Positions 61,351 to 64,000 of a DNA stretch of 64,000 bases are shown here, in pieces. This DNA is from the human T2T-CHM13v2.0 reference genome, Homo sapiens. Where the stretch lies: assembly GCF_009914755.1 (NCBI RefSeq), contig NC_060936.1. One strand, 5' to 3'. Position numbers and translations under genes: made by a program. Position 1 is the first letter of the stretch. Each line of letters opens with the position of its first letter. A model generated the notes under the pieces. That model did no database searches. It was not told the DNA's origin and worked only from the letters and a program-made list of their open reading frames with translations.

Positions 61351-63334
61351 AATTTAGCAAGCAATATATTGCTTAAGGTACACTTTAAGCACTGAAAATA
61401 CTTTTGTTTTTCAACTTGGAAGTCTCCATCTAAGCAGATAATAATTTCTGAACTCATCTTTTAACATTATTTTAAACCTGTAGTTATAACTGCCTAGACC
61501 AGAAAGTTTTATTGCACACCTTTTGAGTCTGGATTGCTGACAGTTAAATTCTTCAACTTATAATTACTTTTCAAAATGAGTAAAATGTTAACTTTTTTCT
61601 TAGACTATTGCTATTTCCATTGCTCCATAATCGTACCACATCTAAATGTTGGCAGATACTGATTTTCTGACCACTTCTGAAGACAGATATACCTGCATGA
61701 GAATGAAGAATTGCTCGCCCTATTTACTTGCACAAACAATGCATTAGTGCTCAATTTCTGCGTGGAAAGTTCTGACTGCCACTCCACAGGGCTTACAGGG
61801 GTCTGCAGGCCCTCTGCATGCTCAGTGTTATCATTCCAGATATTTTGAGCTCAAGGACTGCAATCCAGAGTTTCATTTCTAGTTTACCTTATCATTATCT
61901 AATTGTTTTCTGCTATTTCTGTTAATGATGTATTCACTCCTAATTTTAGGAAAAGTTGATAAAATTAATCATAGGACAGTAAAGGGATCCTCTTTACACA
62001 CTACTCCCTTTACAGTGTAGTTGTTACCTCGTGTACTCCACTGAGGGAAAAACCTAACAAAAACAAAAACTTCTATTTTAAATCCCCAAAACATTTCAAG
62101 TAATGTAGTACCAAAGATCTTCTGGACAAAAAACAAACAACAAACAAACAAACAAAAACCCTGGTAATCTAGCATAATTTTGCATCTCTTTGACATTCTT
62201 ATATCATCATAAAAATAGCAGATACTGTTAGGTAAATTAATGTCTGCTGTTAATCTGGGCAGTTGTTATAATATAATGGTAAAGACATTTAAAAATTATT
62301 CTAAGTGATAGGATAAAAATCATCCAATGCCCTATAATATTGCTTCACAGAAAAGACTACAAAGAAAGAGAGACACAAAAGCAACCCTAATTGATTAGGC
62401 AAATTTCTTTATCATTCAGACTCTTCACATCCAATCTGATGCTAATAACATTTACGATGAAGTGAGGATTTCTTCTGGTCCTTCGAGAAACTGTGTTTTG
62501 CAATGCTCCTAAAGTTTCCAACCTCCCCTAATTGCTCTAGAAATTCTCCTCACATGCCTACCTGACCACCAAGTAAAGGTGAAAACTCCAGCATATTCCT
62601 GAATCTTTACTAACAGATAAGGTAAAAAATTGTAATTTTAATTTTTCAGGTTGAATTTCCTAGCTGAATCATTTTCCTAGAAGACCCATATTTTAGGCCT
62701 ACTTTAAGTACCGTAATTTGCAGATTACTAAATTTACATAAAATTATTCTCTAGGCTTTCTCAAAGTTAAAACAAATCTTGAAATTGACATATATGACTG
62801 TTTTTTGGGTCAGAATTCTTGATAACGAAAAACAAAAACAAAACAAAAATCACTAGCAGAAAAGCATTGTTAAATGCATAAATAACAAAATTATTCTAAA
62901 AAATTTGTTCTAAAAAAACAAATTCTAGAAATAACTTTCTACCCTACACTGTAGAATAGGTGAATTAAAAGAGTTGTTGGCTCTGTCATAATCAGAATAT
63001 GACAATTCAAGAAGCCATTCCACACCTGGAGTTGAGAACTTTGTAAAAATTGGCATCAGGACAAGATACACACCGTACCCTAATTCTTTATCCATACTTT
63101 TAATAAAAATTTCTCTCAGGTACATGTGAATGGTAGATATAAATTTCATATCTGAGCCTTAGCAATAAGGAAGAAAATGATTTTTTTTGAGTAAAGAGTT
63201 TTAATTGTAGGGAAGATCCTCTATTGGAAAGGCAATATTTATTCAATGGGGACTAGTAAAATGTAAACTGTAGAGAGAGTTACCAAAATACGTAGACAAT
63301 TGCCCAACTCCTATTGTTATTCTAGTGTGAAGGC

Positions 63335-63573
63335 CATTAGTCAAAAAGAATCCTTTCTTACTTGGGAGAGAGTCAGGCTTTAGTTTTATTCAGGCCTTCA
63401 ACTGATTGGCTAAAGACCCACCCACATTAGGGAGGGCAATCTACTTTACTCAACTATCAATTTAAATGTTAATCTCATCAAAAACACCCTCACAGAAACA
63501 CCCAGAATAATGTTTGACCAAGTGTCTGGGCACCCCTGGCCCAATGAATTTGACACATAAAATTAACCATCAT
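63335..63573 (-). mobile_element. MLT2 LTR 5' fragment
   Basis: ttcaggccttcaactgattgg...cccacccacattagggagggcaatct...tgacacataaaattaaccatca. Confidence 0.88.
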
Positions 63574-63598
63574 ATTATGCTTAGCTAGAAAGTGAAGT

Positions 63599-64000
63599 CC
63601 ATAAAAACCCTAGAAGAAAACCTAGGCAATAACATCGAGGACACAGGCATGGGCAAAGACTTCACGACTAAAACACCAAAAGCAGTGGCAACAAAAGCCA
63701 AAATAGACAAATGGGATCTGATTAAACTAAAGAGCTTCTGAACAGCAAAAGAAACTAGCATCAGAGTGAACAGGCAACCTACAGAACAGGAGGAAATTTT
63801 TGCAATCTATCCATCTGACAAAGGGCTAATATCCAGAATCTACAAAGAACTTAAACAAATTTACAAAAAAAAAAAAAACCATCAAAAAGCAGGCAAAGGA
63901 TATGAACAGACAATTCTCAAAAGAAGACATCTATGCAGCCAACAAACATGAAAAAAAGCTCATCATCACTGGTCATCAGAGAAAGGCAAATCAAAACGAC
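63599..64000 (+). mobile_element. L1PA-type ORF2 3' part, running off the window
   Basis: ccataaaaaccctagaagaaaacctaggcaata...; [30 protein letters not shown]. Confidence 0.93.

Noticed and set aside
61359-61374. 16-bp palindrome aagcaatatattgctt (and a short hairpin near 44647-44665)
   Set aside because: 8-bp AT-rich arms are expected by chance in 64 kb.
62925-63149. 74-aa minus-strand ORF
   Set aside because: No recognisable homology or minus-strand splice context; length is within chance.

Overview
AT-rich human genomic DNA (a near-consensus AluYa5 at 7160-7461 points to human), dominated by transposable-element fossils. It holds about 18 Alus; old L1M/L1MA/L1PB/L1PA pieces, including a twin-primed L1MA; a 5'-deleted HERV-L provirus with its MLT2A 3' LTR; solo LTRs (LTR8A, two THE1, MLT2, MLT1, LTR16, MER41A); and DNA transposons (full-length HSMAR2 mariner, Tigger3, MER6, MER47, MER81, MER5, two MADE1). 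No intact protein-coding ORF is supported: the supplied ORFs are Alu, L1 or ERV fragments or chance frames. The most interesting signals are: (1) a small non-repeat promoter-like element at ~33.26-33.53 kb followed by a chain of plus-strand exon-like segments, possibly an unannotated spliced lncRNA or decayed gene (inference only); (2) a nested LTR16/MLT2/HSMAR2 locus with two inverted, locally templated copies of neighbouring DNA; (3) several other templated-duplication scars, including a triplicated Alu 3' end plus TSD and a perfect 61-bp tandem duplication. Repeat subfamily names come from remembered consensus sequences and need RepeatMasker/Dfam confirmation.
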